DNA from: Myxococcales bacterium
GTDB taxonomy: Bacteria > Myxococcota_A > Polyangia > Polyangiales > DASUME01
DNA: 64,000 nucleotides
Assembly: GCA_047601445.1 (NCBI GenBank)
Contig: JASGJH010000001.1
Coordinates: forward strand, 6,272,001 to 6,336,000
Direction: 5' to 3'
A program made the translations under genes and the position numbers. Positions 35,830 through 46,140 of the stretch are shown here, piece after piece. Position 1 is the first letter of the stretch, and each line of letters begins with the position of its first letter. Under the pieces are notes generated by a model. That model was not told the origin of the DNA. It saw only the letters and a list, made by a program, of their open reading frames with translations, and made no database searches.

Positions 35830-36383
35830 TCACTTGAGCGCGCGCTGCTTGGCATACATGTCAGCATTCCGCTTGATCAGATCGAGCTCTGCAAAGGAAC
35901 GAGTGCTCTCACGTCGCAGCGCTTCCGAGTTCCACACCAGCCCGTAGGTGCCGTCGTCGGCTCGGTACAGGTCGACCTTCTCGCCACGCAGCGTCTCGAC
36001 CTGCGCTAGGCGGTCCTTCTCTTGGACCTTGCGCGGCGGGGACAACCGAGCGGCGAGGGCATCCATGCAGGCTTCGGGGCAGCGCAGGGCGAACAGGGCC
36101 TCCCCCGACTCCGCCTGCAGCGCGTCTCCCAGGCTCGCCAGGGCCTCGGCCTGAGCCTCCTTGGGATAGCCCGTCTGGATCACGTCCGCGGCTCGCTTCC
36201 TGGCCTTCACCATGCCGTGCAGCGCACTTCGCGCCCGCTCGTCCAGGCTTTGGAAGAGGGCCTGACTGTCGCGGTTCGAGGCGGCGGCTTCGGAGCGCGC
36301 GATGGCGCCCTCGACCTGGTGGGCGTCCGGTTCGCAGCCGGTGCTAAACAACAGTGCAGTAAGGAATACGAGAGAGCTCGCAC
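35830..36383 (-). CDS. Hypothetical lipoprotein (start uncertain; possible indel near 36370-36378)
   Basis: LVFLTALLFSTGC lipobox then a helical domain; the nearest plausible GTG (36383) is out of frame. Confidence 0.55.
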
Positions 36384-36544
36384 TCTGGCGCGCCTTGCGT
36401 ATAGACTCTGAAGGATGGGCTGATCGGGGGATGGAACCCTTGACAGCTCTTGGGAACCTGAGAACCTTGGTCGAGCCGAAATCAAAAGCGCGCGGCTCCG
36501 CGCGCGAGCGAAACTTGGAAAGTTCGAGCCCGGAACGGGAGTCC

Positions 36545-37312
36545 ATGCACATCGTCGCGGCAGGCCTATCAGATGTTGGGCTCCAGCGGGAGCACAACGA
36601 GGACAGTTTTTGCATCCTGCCGGAGTTCGACCTTTTCGTCGTCGCCGATGGGATGGGCGGACACAAGGCGGGGGACGTCGCGAGCCGAATGGCTACGCAC
36701 ACGGTCGCTTCGTTCTTTCGGGCCACCCAGAGTGAAGACGCCACCTGGCCGTTCCACTTCGACCCTCACCTGTCGATGGCAGAGAACCGCCTGGTCACTG
36801 GCATCAAGCTGGCCAACAAGCAGATCTTCGAAGCCTCCTTGAGCAACCACGCCGTGCACGGCATGGGCACCACAGTGGTCGGGGCCCTGTTCTCCAAGGA
36901 GCGCAAGGCCATGTACGTGGCCCACGTGGGCGACAGCCGCTGCTACCTCATTCGCGACGGCAAAATCAGCCAGCTCACGCGTGATCACTCGCTGCTCAAC
37001 GACTACCTCCTGGTGATGCCCGATATGTCTGCCGAGCAGCAGGCCGAGCTTCCCAAGAACGTCATCACGCGCGCCCTGGGTATGCAGGACTCGGTCACGG
37101 TCGACCTGGTTCCCGCGCAGCCCAAGGTGGGCGACCGCTTCCTGCTCTGCTCCGACGGTCTCAGCGGCATGGTCACCGACGAGGAGATCTGCGAGATCGT
37201 CACCAAGGCGGGCAACGACCTCGACCTGGCCACCAAGCGCCTCATCGAGTGCGCCAACGACCACGGCGGCGAAGACAACTGTACCGTCGTGATCGTCGGC
37301 ATCGCCAGCTGA
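36545..37312 (+). CDS. PP2C/Stp1-family Ser/Thr phosphatase
   Basis: SDVGLQREHNED, VADGMGGH, HVGDSR, DHS, ITRALG, LCSDGL, GGEDN. Confidence 0.95.
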   Translation: MHIVAAGLSDVGLQREHNEDSFCILPEFDLFVVADGMGGHKAGDVASRMATHTVASFFRATQSEDATWPFHFDPHLSMAENRLVTGIKLANKQIFEASLSNHAVHGMGTTVVGALFSKERKAMYVAHVGDSRCYLIRDGKISQLTRDHSLLNDYLLVMPDMSAEQQAELPKNVITRALGMQDSVTVDLVPAQPKVGDRFLLCSDGLSGMVTDEEICEIVTKAGNDLDLATKRLIECANDHGGEDNCTVVIVGIAS

Positions 37313-37367
37313 GCGATCACTGCAAAGCGCTGTGAGGCGAGCGTCAGGGCTGCTAAGCCTTGGCGTC

Positions 37368-37877
37368 ATGCACACGCGTATCGAGAACGTGCTCCAGGTG
37401 ACGCCCGAGGTGTTCTGGAAACACCTGTTCTTCGACGCGGACTTCAACCGCGACCTCTATCGAGAGCTCGGCTTCGAGGCCTACGAGGTGCAGGCGCTCG
37501 AGACGCTGCCTGACGGACGGGTGCGCCGGGTGTTGCGCGCGGAGCCACCGCTCAACGCACCGTCCATGATCAAGAGCCGGCTCAAAGGACGGGTCTTCTA
37601 CACCGAGGAAGGCATCTACGATCCGGTCCGCGGCGTGTGGGAGTTCGCCAACGAGTCGAGCGTGGCGAGCGACTCGACACGTGTCTCCGGCAGCATCCGC
37701 GCCGAGCCGCATCCCGAGGGCATGCTGCACGTGGTGGAGCTCGACATCGAGGTCAAGGCCTTTGGCTTGGGTGCCGTGGTAGAGCGGGTCATCGAGAAGA
37801 ATACGCGCGACAGCTACCGGGTCAGCACCGAGTTCGTCAATCGCTACGCCCGCGAGCGCGGCCTTTCGTCGCAGTAG
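37368..37877 (+). CDS. DUF2505 (START-like) family protein
   Basis: FWKHLFFD..FN..LY..LGF start and VKAFGLGAVVERVIE end, recalled family pattern. Confidence 0.65.
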   Translation: MHTRIENVLQVTPEVFWKHLFFDADFNRDLYRELGFEAYEVQALETLPDGRVRRVLRAEPPLNAPSMIKSRLKGRVFYTEEGIYDPVRGVWEFANESSVASDSTRVSGSIRAEPHPEGMLHVVELDIEVKAFGLGAVVERVIEKNTRDSYRVSTEFVNRYARERGLSSQ

Positions 37878-37978
37878 TCGAGCCAAATGCAACCGAGTTG
37901 CATTAGATTCGGGGTGGCATTATGGTCGGGTCCCACGGTCGGACGGGCTCGGTCGTGCTGGAAAGGCAGGCTTGCGAG

Positions 37979-38887
37979 ATGAAGCGCGCGTGGGCATCGA
38001 CGAGCATGCTGACAGTGTTGGCCGGCGCTGCCACGGTGGCTTCGAGCAACCTCGGCTGCGGTGAGGACGGAAACGGCGAGAGCGACTTGAGCGTGCTTCT
38101 GGTGGCGGAGGAGACGATCACGAACGGCGTCGCGGTCGGATCGGCCGAGGAAGACAGCCAGGACTACGCCGTCACCTTCACCAAGTACCTGGTGAGCCTC
38201 GGACAAGTGCGGATGGCCGAGGCGAACGGCAAGCATCCGCGCCATGACGACACGGTCTATATCGCCGACATGCAGCGCGTGGGCGAAGAGGGCGTGGAGA
38301 TTGCCACCTTCCGCGATCTCGAAGCGGGCCAGTGGCCGGAGTTCGGCTTCGCCACGACGGTGCCCACCGCGGACGCGGTGGCGCTCGGCGGCGTCACGCC
38401 CGAGGACAGGGTACAGATGGTCGAGCACGGCTGGACCTACTGGATCGAGGGCCAAGTGGAGCGTCCAGTCGAGCAGGGCGGACCCGTGAGCTTCGTGCTG
38501 CAGGTGCCCGTGCACAGCGAGTACTACGACTGCGCGTCCGACGCCGAGCCCGGCGTGACCGTGATGAACGGCCCATCGAGCGCCACCATTACGCTCCACG
38601 GCGACCACATCTTCTTCAACGCCTTTCCGAGCGGCACCGAAGGCCTCATCAAGCGCCGTGCCGGCTGGATCATCGAAGCAGACCAGGACGGCGACGGGCA
38701 CGTGACCAGCGAAGACCTTGCCAAGATCGACGCCAGCGTTCTCTTCACCAGCGCCAACGGCTACAGTCTCAACCTCCCGTTCGACGGCTTCCCCCTCAAC
38801 ACTGCGCTCGACTTCGTGCGCGCGCAGCTTGCGACGCAGGGGCACCTCAATGGGGAGGGGGGGTGTAGTCAGAGGTTTTCGCCGTAA
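37979..38887 (+). CDS. Hypothetical lipoprotein
   Basis: Signal peptide ending NLGC; TITLHGDHIFF; EF-hand-like DQDGDGHVTSEDL. Confidence 0.7.
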   Translation: MKRAWASTSMLTVLAGAATVASSNLGCGEDGNGESDLSVLLVAEETITNGVAVGSAEEDSQDYAVTFTKYLVSLGQVRMAEANGKHPRHDDTVYIADMQRVGEEGVEIATFRDLEAGQWPEFGFATTVPTADAVALGGVTPEDRVQMVEHGWTYWIEGQVERPVEQGGPVSFVLQVPVHSEYYDCASDAEPGVTVMNGPSSATITLHGDHIFFNAFPSGTEGLIKRRAGWIIEADQDGDGHVTSEDLAKIDASVLFTSANGYSLNLPFDGFPLNTALDFVRAQLATQGHLNGEGGCSQRFSP

Positions 38888-38912
38888 AACCCGCCCAATC
38901 CGGCCCCATCCG

Positions 38913-39066
38913 GCCATCAGCGAGCTGCCATCAGCGAGCTGCCATCAGCCATCTGCCATCGGCCATCCGCCATCAGCGAGCTGCCATCGGCCATCAGCCA
39001 TCCGCCATCGGCCATCAGCGAGCTGCCATCGGCCATCGGCCATCTGCGCGCAGCCATCTGCGCGCA
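38913..39066 (+). repeat. Heptamer tandem array (GCCATCN with GCGAGCT/GCGCGCA variants), 22 units
   Basis: Strict 7-bp register read directly. Confidence 0.92.
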
Positions 39067-39199
39067 CGCCACATCTCCGCTGCGAGTATCAGGGCTTCCT
39101 ATCGAGACACGGAGACACGATTTCTCGCGTGAGCCTACCCCAGAGGGAAACCGCGAACAGCTGATGAGAGATTGAGCGCACGACGGACACGCGTGGGGC

Positions 39200-39297
39200 C
39201 GACGGCCGTTAGCGGATGGCCGACCGCAGATAGCCGATGGCGGATGGCGGATGGCGGATGGCAGATGGCCGATGGCAGATGGCAGATGGCAGATGGC
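39200..39297 (-). repeat. Inverted heptamer array (NGATGGC), 14 units
   Basis: Reverse complement of the preceding array. Confidence 0.92.
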
Positions 39298-39311
39298 CGA
39301 TCGAAACGTGC

Positions 39312-40058
39312 TCAGCGCATCCCACCACTAGCGATGAGGATCTCCCCGGTGAGCCACGCAGAGTCTTGCGCCGCCAAGAAGACGGCGATCGGAGCGATGT
39401 CGCTGACTCGGCCGGAGCGTCCGAAGGGGACCGTGGTGATGACGTTTTTCTCGAACTCCGAGCCGATGAAGCCTGCTGCGTGGGTTCCTTCGGTCTCCAC
39501 GATGCCGGGGTTGATGGAGTTGACGCGGATCTTTCTCGGGCCGAGCTCCCGTGAGAGGACGCCGGTGATGGCGTCGACGGCGCCCTTGGTGGCGGTGTAG
39601 ACCGCAGAGTTGACCGGCGTGATGCGGGTGACTGCGGAGCTGATGTTGATGATGCTGCCGCCTTCGCCCAGATGTTTCACGGCGGCCTGGGTGGTGTGCA
39701 GTAGGCCGAGCACGTTGACGTTAAAGATCCTGTGAAAATGGTCGTCGCTGATCGCTTCGATGGGGGCGAACTCGTAGATGCCCGAGTTGTTTACGAGGAT
39801 GTCGAGTGTGCCGTAGGTTTCGATGGCCGCGTCGATGAGCGCCTGCGCTTCCTCTTGCTTGGAGACGTCGGCGCGCACCGCCAGCGCGCGACCACCGTTT
39901 TGCGTGATGGCTTTGACCACCGCCTCGGCCCCCTCGGGGCTCGACGCGTAGTTCACCACCACGCTCGCACCCTCCGCGGCCAGGGCGAGCGCAATGCCGG
40001 CGCCAATGCCCTTGGATGCACCCGTAACGATTGCAACTTTGTTGGTAAGTTTGCCCAT
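39312..40058 (-). CDS. Short-chain dehydrogenase/reductase (SDR)
   Basis: TGASKGIG, NNSG, YTATK. Confidence 0.95.
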   Translation of the reverse strand: MGKLTNKVAIVTGASKGIGAGIALALAAEGASVVVNYASSPEGAEAVVKAITQNGGRALAVRADVSKQEEAQALIDAAIETYGTLDILVNNSGIYEFAPIEAISDDHFHRIFNVNVLGLLHTTQAAVKHLGEGGSIINISSAVTRITPVNSAVYTATKGAVDAITGVLSRELGPRKIRVNSINPGIVETEGTHAAGFIGSEFEKNVITTVPFGRSGRVSDIAPIAVFLAAQDSAWLTGEILIASGGMR

Positions 40059-40126
40059 GACCTTGCTCCCCTGAACGGCCGCCCGGAAGCCCTCTTCCCG
40101 GCGCATGGGCAGTTGGTCGTCGTTAA

Positions 40127-40145
40127 TGTGATTTTGTTAGTCACA
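40127..40145. promoter_or_regulatory. Putative Rrf2 operator upstream of the SDR
   Basis: TGTGA-N9-TCACA palindrome in an AT-rich patch. Confidence 0.5.
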
Positions 40146-40184
40146 ATTAAAGAAAAAGAGGAGCCGTGGAGCCGTCGGTGTTCC

Positions 40185-40613
40185 TTAGCGACTCCGCCGC
40201 CGAATATCGGCGATCATGTCGGCCAGGGTGATGCCTGACAGGGTGCGCTCGAAGCTCTGTTGGGCCTTGTCGAGCACACCGGACATGCAGCCTTTGATGG
40301 AGGAGCTGATGGCGCAGCTCTTCATCACAGGATAGTCGTGCAATGCGAAGGCGGGCGGCGGCTGGCTCGCGCGGTAGATGTCCAGCATGGTGATCTGCTT
40401 GGGCGAACGCACGAGCGTGCTCGCACCGCCCTTGCCCCGACTGGTCTCGATGAGGCCGGCCTTGGCGAGCTTGGAGAGCGACTTGCGGACGAAGCTAGGG
40501 TTGGCGTTTACGCTCTGGGCGAGCTCCGCCGAGGACACGGGCTCTCCATGATGGAAGCCGAGTGCGGCCATGATGTGCGCCGCCACGGCGAACTGCACGT
40601 TCGTGCCGGACAT
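40185..40613 (-). CDS. Rrf2-family transcriptional regulator (no 3-Cys Fe-S motif)
   Basis: SSAELAQSVNANPSFVRK..L.KAGLI...GKGG...ITMLDIY. Confidence 0.92.
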   Translation of the reverse strand: MSGTNVQFAVAAHIMAALGFHHGEPVSSAELAQSVNANPSFVRKSLSKLAKAGLIETSRGKGGASTLVRSPKQITMLDIYRASQPPPAFALHDYPVMKSCAISSSIKGCMSGVLDKAQQSFERTLSGITLADMIADIRRRSR

Positions 40614-40695
40614 AAAATGCGTTTATCAATGTAACAAAATAAGGGATGAACGGCCAATCGGCCAGCCGCTGGCTGCTTGCGCCCTGCCCGCCGGC

Positions 40696-40716
40696 GGATG
40701 GCGGATGGCGGATGGC
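40696..40716 (-). repeat. Short heptamer array (GGATGGC)3
   Basis: Same family as 39200-39297. Confidence 0.7.
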
Positions 40717-40747
40717 TGAAGAGCTGGTGGCGGCCACCATCAGCCCT

Positions 40748-41140
40748 TCAGTTCACGAGCGCGATTTCGACCTTCGGCAACCGCTTCTGAGCGGCCTTGC
40801 GGATCTCGATGCCGTTGGCCACGACGCGGAGGTCGTAGGCCGGGACGCTGACGGTGTCGTCGTCGAGGCATTCGCCGGTCTTGAGGCAGAAGTTCTGCTT
40901 GAAGATCGGGGATGCCACCTTGATGCGCCCGTTGCGATCTCCAACGAGGCCCCGGGAGAGCACGTTGGCGCGGCTGAAGGGGTCGAAGTTTCCGATCGCG
41001 AAGCAGGTCTCGCCCCCGCCCACGCGGAACACCGCGACCTGCTCGCCCGCGAGCAACACACAGACGCCCGTGTTGGGCAGGATGTCGGTAAGCGCACAGA
41101 CGCGCGTCCACTCTTGTTCGGTTTCTTTGACTTGCATCAT
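40748..41140 (-). CDS. nirD: Nitrite reductase (NADH) small subunit
   Basis: IGNFDPFSRANVLSRGLVGD...VASPIFKQNF.L.TG.CL. Confidence 0.95.
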   Translation of the reverse strand: MMQVKETEQEWTRVCALTDILPNTGVCVLLAGEQVAVFRVGGGETCFAIGNFDPFSRANVLSRGLVGDRNGRIKVASPIFKQNFCLKTGECLDDDTVSVPAYDLRVVANGIEIRKAAQKRLPKVEIALVN

Positions 41141-43687
41141 GGCACCACCCTCAGGAGTCGGCGTTCGTCGCTACGAGCCGGTCGCACCTGACCGCGCTCT
41201 TCCACGAACACCACGTTGTCGTCCTTCGCGTCACTGTTGACGAAATGCCGGAAGCGCTTGCGCTTCTCCGGATCTTCCACGGCCACCTTCCACTCACAGG
41301 CGTACGTATCGACCAGCTTCTGCATCTCGGCTTCGAGTTCGGCGCCGATGCCCAGGCTGTCTTCCACCACCACCTTGCGAACGTAGTCCGAACCGCCTTC
41401 GAGCTGGTTCAGCCAGGTCGACGTGCGTTGCAGGCGGTCCGCGGTGCGGATGTAGAACATCAGGAAGCGGTCGATGTAGCGGATGAGGTGCTCTTCATCG
41501 AGATCCGACGCGAGCAGAAACGCGTGCTGGGGCTTCATGCCGCCGTTGCCGCACACGTACAGGTTGTAGCCCTTCTCGGTGGCGATGATGCCGAAGTCCT
41601 TGCTCTGTGCCTCGGCGCACTCGCGCGTGCAGCCCGAGACGGCCGACTTGAGCTTGTGCGGCGAGCGTAGCCCGCGGTAGCGGAGCTCGATCTTGATGGC
41701 CATTCCCACCGAGTCCTGCACGCCGTAGCGGCACCACGTGCTGCCCACGCAGGATTTCACCGTGCGCAACGCCTTGCCGTAGGCATGGCCCGACTCGAAG
41801 CCGGCGGCGATGAGCTCCTCCCAGATGAACGGCAGCTGTTCGACGCGCGCACCGAACATGTCGACGCGCTGGCCGCCGGTGATCTTGGTGTACAGGCCGT
41901 ACTTCTTCGCGACGCGGCCCACGGCGATCAGGCCGTCGGGCGTGACCTCGCCGCCGGGCATGCGTGGCACCACGGAGTAGGTGCCGTCCTTCTGGATGTT
42001 GGCCAGGAAGTAGTCGTTGGAGTCCTGCAGCGCGGCTTGCTTGGGTTCGAGGATGTGCTCATTCCAGAGCGAGGCGAAGATGGAGGCCGCCGCGGGCTTG
42101 CAGAATCTCACAGCCGAGGCCCTTGCCGTGCTTGGCCAAAAGCTCGTCGAAGGTCTTGAGCTTGCCGATCTTGCACAGGTGGAAGAGCTCCTGGCGCGTG
42201 TGGTCGAAGTGCTCGCAGATGGCGTTGGATACGGCCTGGCCCATGGCCAGGAGCTCGGTCTTGAGGATCTGCGTGACCAGTGCGCTGCAACCGCCGCAGC
42301 CCGTGCCGGCCTTGGTGCACTTCTTGAGCGCGGGCATCTCGGTGGCGCCGCCGCGGATGGCCGAGCACACGGCGCCTTTGGTGACGTTGTTGCACGAGCA
42401 CACCATGGCGCTGTCGGAGAGCTCCATCTTGGGGCGCGAGCTCGCGTCCTGCGGGGCCACCAGGAGGCTCTCCGGGTAGGTCGGCATCGGCGACTTTTCG
42501 CGCACCATGGCGGCCAGCAGGTCGTAGTCGGCCGCGTCGCCCACCAGCATGCCGCCGAGCAGGGTCTTGCCGTCGGAGCTCACGTAGATGCGCTTGTAGA
42601 CCTCCTTGAGGTCGTCGCTCACGCTGACGCCGCGGGCGCCTTCGCTGGTGCCGAAGGCGTCACCGAAGCTCGCCACGTCCACGCCCATGAGCTTGAGCTT
42701 GGTGGACATGTCGGCGCCCTCGAACTTGAGGCTCTCGCCCTGGATGTGCGCGGCTGCACTGCGCGCCATGGAGTAGCCGGGTCCGACCAGGCCGTAGATA
42801 CGGTTGTCGAAGAGCGCGCACTCGCCGATGGCATAGATGCTGGGGTCGCTGGTGAGGCAATGGTGGTCGATGGCGATGCCGCCGCGCGGGCCGGTGGCGA
42901 GGCCAGCCGCTTTCGCGAGCTCGTCGCGCGGGCGAATGCCGGCAGAGAACAACACCAGGTCGGTCTCGAGCTGGCTGCCGTCCGCGAAGGCGAGTCCACG
43001 TACCTTGCGTTGCTCGTCGATCACGACCTGCGTGGTGTTGGCGTCGGTCTTGACCGTGACCCCAAGAGCTTCGATGCGCCCGCGCAGTACGCGGCCGCCA
43101 GCGGCGTCGAGCTGCATCGGCATCAGGCGAGGCGCGAACTCCACCACGGTGGTTGCCAGGCCGAGCTCCTTGAGCGCCTTGGCCGCTTCCAGGCCCAGCA
43201 AGCCGCCGCCAATGACCACGCCGCGCTTCACGCGCTTGGCGTAGGCCTCGATGGCGAACAGGTCGTCGATGGTGCGGTACACGAAGCAGCCGCGGGACTC
43301 GTTGTTGGGCAGCGGCGGCACGAACGCCTTGGAGCCCGTGGCGAGCACCAACATGTCGTAGGGAACGCGAAAGCCTGCGCAGGTGAATACGAGACGTTGC
43401 GCGCGATCGATGCGCTCGGCGCGGTCTCCCAGGCGCGTCTCGATGTCGAGCTCTGCGTAGCGCTCACGCGTGGCCACGGCGAGGTCGTCTGCAGACTTGC
43501 CTTCGAAGTAGGCGCTGAGATGGACGCGGTCGTAGGCGAGGCGCGGCTCTTCACCGATGACAGTGATGGAGAGCTGACGCTGCGGGTCCCGTTCGCGTAG
43601 TTCTTCTACGAAACGATGCCCCACGAGACCGTTGCCGATCACGACGATGCGGAGGCGTGAGGAGTTGCGAGCGGGGGTGTTGGTCAT
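41137..43687 (-). CDS. nirB: Nitrite reductase (NADH) large subunit, split by a +1 frameshift at 42104/42105
   Basis: GNGLVG, GGGLLGLEAA, CSCNNV..GTGCGGC, TVKSCVGSTWC, SGCTRECAEA. Removing one base restores GCEICKP. Confidence 0.95.
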
Positions 43688-43766
43688 TGGTTCGTTTCCT
43701 GCTTATTTCGGTCTCGAGGCACAGCGTTTTCGCGGTAAAACAGCTGCAGGGGACGAGCGAAAGTAC

Positions 43767-43782
43767 AGCAATTCGCATGCCT
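43767..43782 (-). promoter_or_regulatory. Sigma54 -24/-12 promoter for nirBD
   Basis: Minus strand AGGCATGCGAATTGCT (GG-N10-GC). Confidence 0.6.
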
Positions 43783-43834
43783 TTCTCGGATCTGCGCATC
43801 TCCCCGAAGAAACGGCGCGCGGGCCGGAAATGAC

Positions 43835-43869
43835 CGACATCTTTGTCGAGCCGTCGACAAATTTGTCGA
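43835..43869. promoter_or_regulatory. Tandem palindromic sites CGACA-N4-TGTCG, 20 bp apart (putative enhancer)
   Basis: CGACATCTTTGTCG (43835-43848) and the perfect palindrome TCGACAAATTTGTCGA (43854-43869). Confidence 0.6.
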
Positions 43870-43954
43870 GCGCATCCTGAGCTCAAGATTGCCGTCGCGT
43901 TTCCGCGATCAACGCGCTGCAAGAAACTCGCAACGTGTATTCACCGCGCGCTGT

Positions 43955-43970
43955 TGGCCACTGTCTTGCA
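43955..43970 (+). promoter_or_regulatory. Sigma54 -24/-12 promoter for the nitrate transporter
   Basis: TGGCCACTGTCTTGCA (GG-N10-GC). Confidence 0.6.
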
Positions 43971-43996
43971 CAAGCGAACTCGTTATCGACGCAGTC

Positions 43997-45331
43997 ATGT
44001 CTGCCACCGAATCGAGAGAGCTAGTGAGCACGCCCGCCAATCGAATCGATCTGTTCAGCTTCAAAGGCCCGTCCATGCGCGCCTTTCACATGGCTTGGTC
44101 TGCGTTCCTGCTGACGTTCTTCGGTTGGTTCGCGGTGGCGCCCTTGATGCCGGTGATCCGCGAAGAGATGCAGCTGACCAAGGAGCAGATTGGCAACTGC
44201 ATAGTCGCTTCCGTGGTAGCGACCATCTTCGTGCGCTTGGTGGTGGGCGCCATCTGCGACCGCGTGGGGCCGCGACGAACGTACTCCTGGTTGCTGATGC
44301 TCGGCTCGCTGCCTGTTATGCTCATTGGCCTCGCCCACGACTACACATCGTTCCTGCTCTTCCGCCTGGCCATCGGTGGCGTCGGCGCTTCGTTCGTGGT
44401 GACGCAGTACCACTCGAGCGTGATGTTCGCGCCCAACGTCGTCGGTCGCGCAGCAGCCATCACGGCCGGCTGGGGCAACCTCGGCGGCGGCATCGCGCAG
44501 ATCGCCATGCCCCTGTTGATGGCGAGCCTCGTCTCACTCGGTGTCAGCCAGGCCTGGGGTTGGCGCCTAGCCATGGTGGTGCCCGGCGCGCTGATGTTCG
44601 TATGGGGCCTGCTCTATTCGCGCGTCACCCAGGACTATCCCGCTGGCAACGCGGAAGACGGTGTAACCCCCCTCAAGAAGTACGGCGCGTCGCACGAAAA
44701 CGCTTTCCTGCTCGCCTGTCGCGACTACCGCGTGTGGGCTCTGTTCCTCACCTACGCCTCTTGCTTCGGCGTCGAGCTCACCTTCCACAATCTGGCCGCG
44801 CTCTACTACAAGGACACCTTCTCGCTCAGCCTCACCGCGGCAGGCGTGGTGGCTGGCAGCTACGGTCTGATGAACATCTTTGCGCGCGGCCTCGGGGGCT
44901 ATGCGTCCGACCGCGTGGCCATGCGCTTTGGGATCCGTGGTCGCGTGTTGCTCCTGGGCCTCCTGCTGGTCGGCGAAGGCGTGGGTCTCGTGCTCTTCTC
45001 GCAGATGAGGACGCTGCCTGCGGCGATCGCGGCCATGGTGTTGTTCGCGCTGTTCACGCAGATGGCCTCGGGTGGTACCTACGCGGTGGTGCCCTTCCTC
45101 AACCGCCGGGCGCTCGGCTCGGTGGCCGGCATCGTCGGGGCCGGAGGCAACGTGGGCGCGGTGATCGCCGGCCTGCTGTTCCGCGAGGCGCAGGCCCCAA
45201 TGTCGACGACCTTCGCCTGGTTGGGCCTGACGGTCATCGCCTGCGCCAGCCTGACCCTGTTCGTGCGCTTCTCGGACGACACCGAGGAGCGCGAGCGAGC
45301 ACTGCTCGACGCCGCCTCGCTCAATACCTGA
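43997..45331 (+). CDS. NarK/NRT2-family MFS nitrate/nitrite transporter
   Basis: MRAFHMAW..F...FFGWF, AGWGNLGGG, FARGLGG..SD, GIVGAGGNVG. Confidence 0.95.
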   Translation: MSATESRELVSTPANRIDLFSFKGPSMRAFHMAWSAFLLTFFGWFAVAPLMPVIREEMQLTKEQIGNCIVASVVATIFVRLVVGAICDRVGPRRTYSWLLMLGSLPVMLIGLAHDYTSFLLFRLAIGGVGASFVVTQYHSSVMFAPNVVGRAAAITAGWGNLGGGIAQIAMPLLMASLVSLGVSQAWGWRLAMVVPGALMFVWGLLYSRVTQDYPAGNAEDGVTPLKKYGASHENAFLLACRDYRVWALFLTYASCFGVELTFHNLAALYYKDTFSLSLTAAGVVAGSYGLMNIFARGLGGYASDRVAMRFGIRGRVLLLGLLLVGEGVGLVLFSQMRTLPAAIAAMVLFALFTQMASGGTYAVVPFLNRRALGSVAGIVGAGGNVGAVIAGLLFREAQAPMSTTFAWLGLTVIACASLTLFVRFSDDTEERERALLDAASLNT

Positions 45332-45336
45332 GGGCG

Positions 45337-45418
45337 GCGAGCGGCCATCGGAGAGCGATGGCTGCTGGCGGATGGCTGCCGGCGGATGGCTGCTGGCCGA
45401 TCCCCAATGGCCGCTCGC
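45337..45418. repeat. Hairpin with 15-bp imperfect terminal inverted repeats enclosing heptamer units
   Basis: GCGAGCGGCCATCGG ... CCAATGGCCGCTCGC, with internal CGATGGC/TGCTGGC/GGATGGC. Confidence 0.75.
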
Positions 45419-45442
45419 AGACTCGTGGCACACTCAGCCCTC

Positions 45443-46096
45443 ATGGAGCCTCAATCCAAGCCCACGGCGGCGATCGCCAAAGCCTATGACAGTCTGCGTG
45501 AGCACGGGCTGGCCTATCCAGAAACCCACGAGGACCATCCTTGGGGCCACAGCGCGCTCAAGGTGAAGGGGAAGGCGTTCGCGTTCCTGTGGGCCGATGG
45601 GGAGGGCCTGAGCATCTCGGCCAAGCTTCCGGTCTCCAACGATCTCGCGCTCAACCTGCCCTTCGCGCAACCCACCGGCTACGGGCTTGGGAAGAGCGGG
45701 TGGGTCAGCGGCAAGTTCGGCAGCAAGGACAAGGTGCCGCTCGAGCTGCTGTTCGCCTGGCTGGAGGAGAGCTACCGGTCGATCGCTCCCAAGAAGTTGT
45801 CGGCTCTGCTCGGCGGCGCGGTAGGAACCACCAGGCTGCCCGGAGCGCGCGCCGAGGAGGCGTCGGGAGGGCCCGCCAAGGGGAAGGCCGTGAGGCGCGC
45901 GGGTGCGAGCAAGGGAGCGAAGGGGAAGCCCGGGAAGGGCAAGGCGCCAGGCGAGGGAGCGAAGTCGGCCAAGCCAGCGAGCGCGCGCACGACCTCCACG
46001 ACCGGGAAGGCCGCGGCCAAAGGGGGGCCCAAGGGGGGCGCGAAGAAGCGGGCGTCCAAAGTGAGCAGCAAGAAAGCACCCGCAAGGCGCCGCTGA
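45443..46096 (+). CDS. MmcQ/YjbR-family protein with a Lys/Ala/Gly-rich basic tail
   Basis: YPETHEDHPWG..ALKVKGKAF, TGYGLGKSGWV, EESYRSIAPKKL. Confidence 0.85.
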   Translation: MEPQSKPTAAIAKAYDSLREHGLAYPETHEDHPWGHSALKVKGKAFAFLWADGEGLSISAKLPVSNDLALNLPFAQPTGYGLGKSGWVSGKFGSKDKVPLELLFAWLEESYRSIAPKKLSALLGGAVGTTRLPGARAEEASGGPAKGKAVRRAGASKGAKGKPGKGKAPGEGAKSAKPASARTTSTTGKAAAKGGPKGGAKKRASKVSSKKAPARRR

Positions 46097-46140
46097 GCAG
46101 CTCGCGTGCGCCGCGGAGCCGGCGGCGGTAGGTTGGCTGG

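Noticed and set aside
38913..39297. Heptamer arrays (and the 16-bp array at 16800) as CRISPR arrays
   Set aside because: No unique spacers between 23-47-bp repeats and no cas genes
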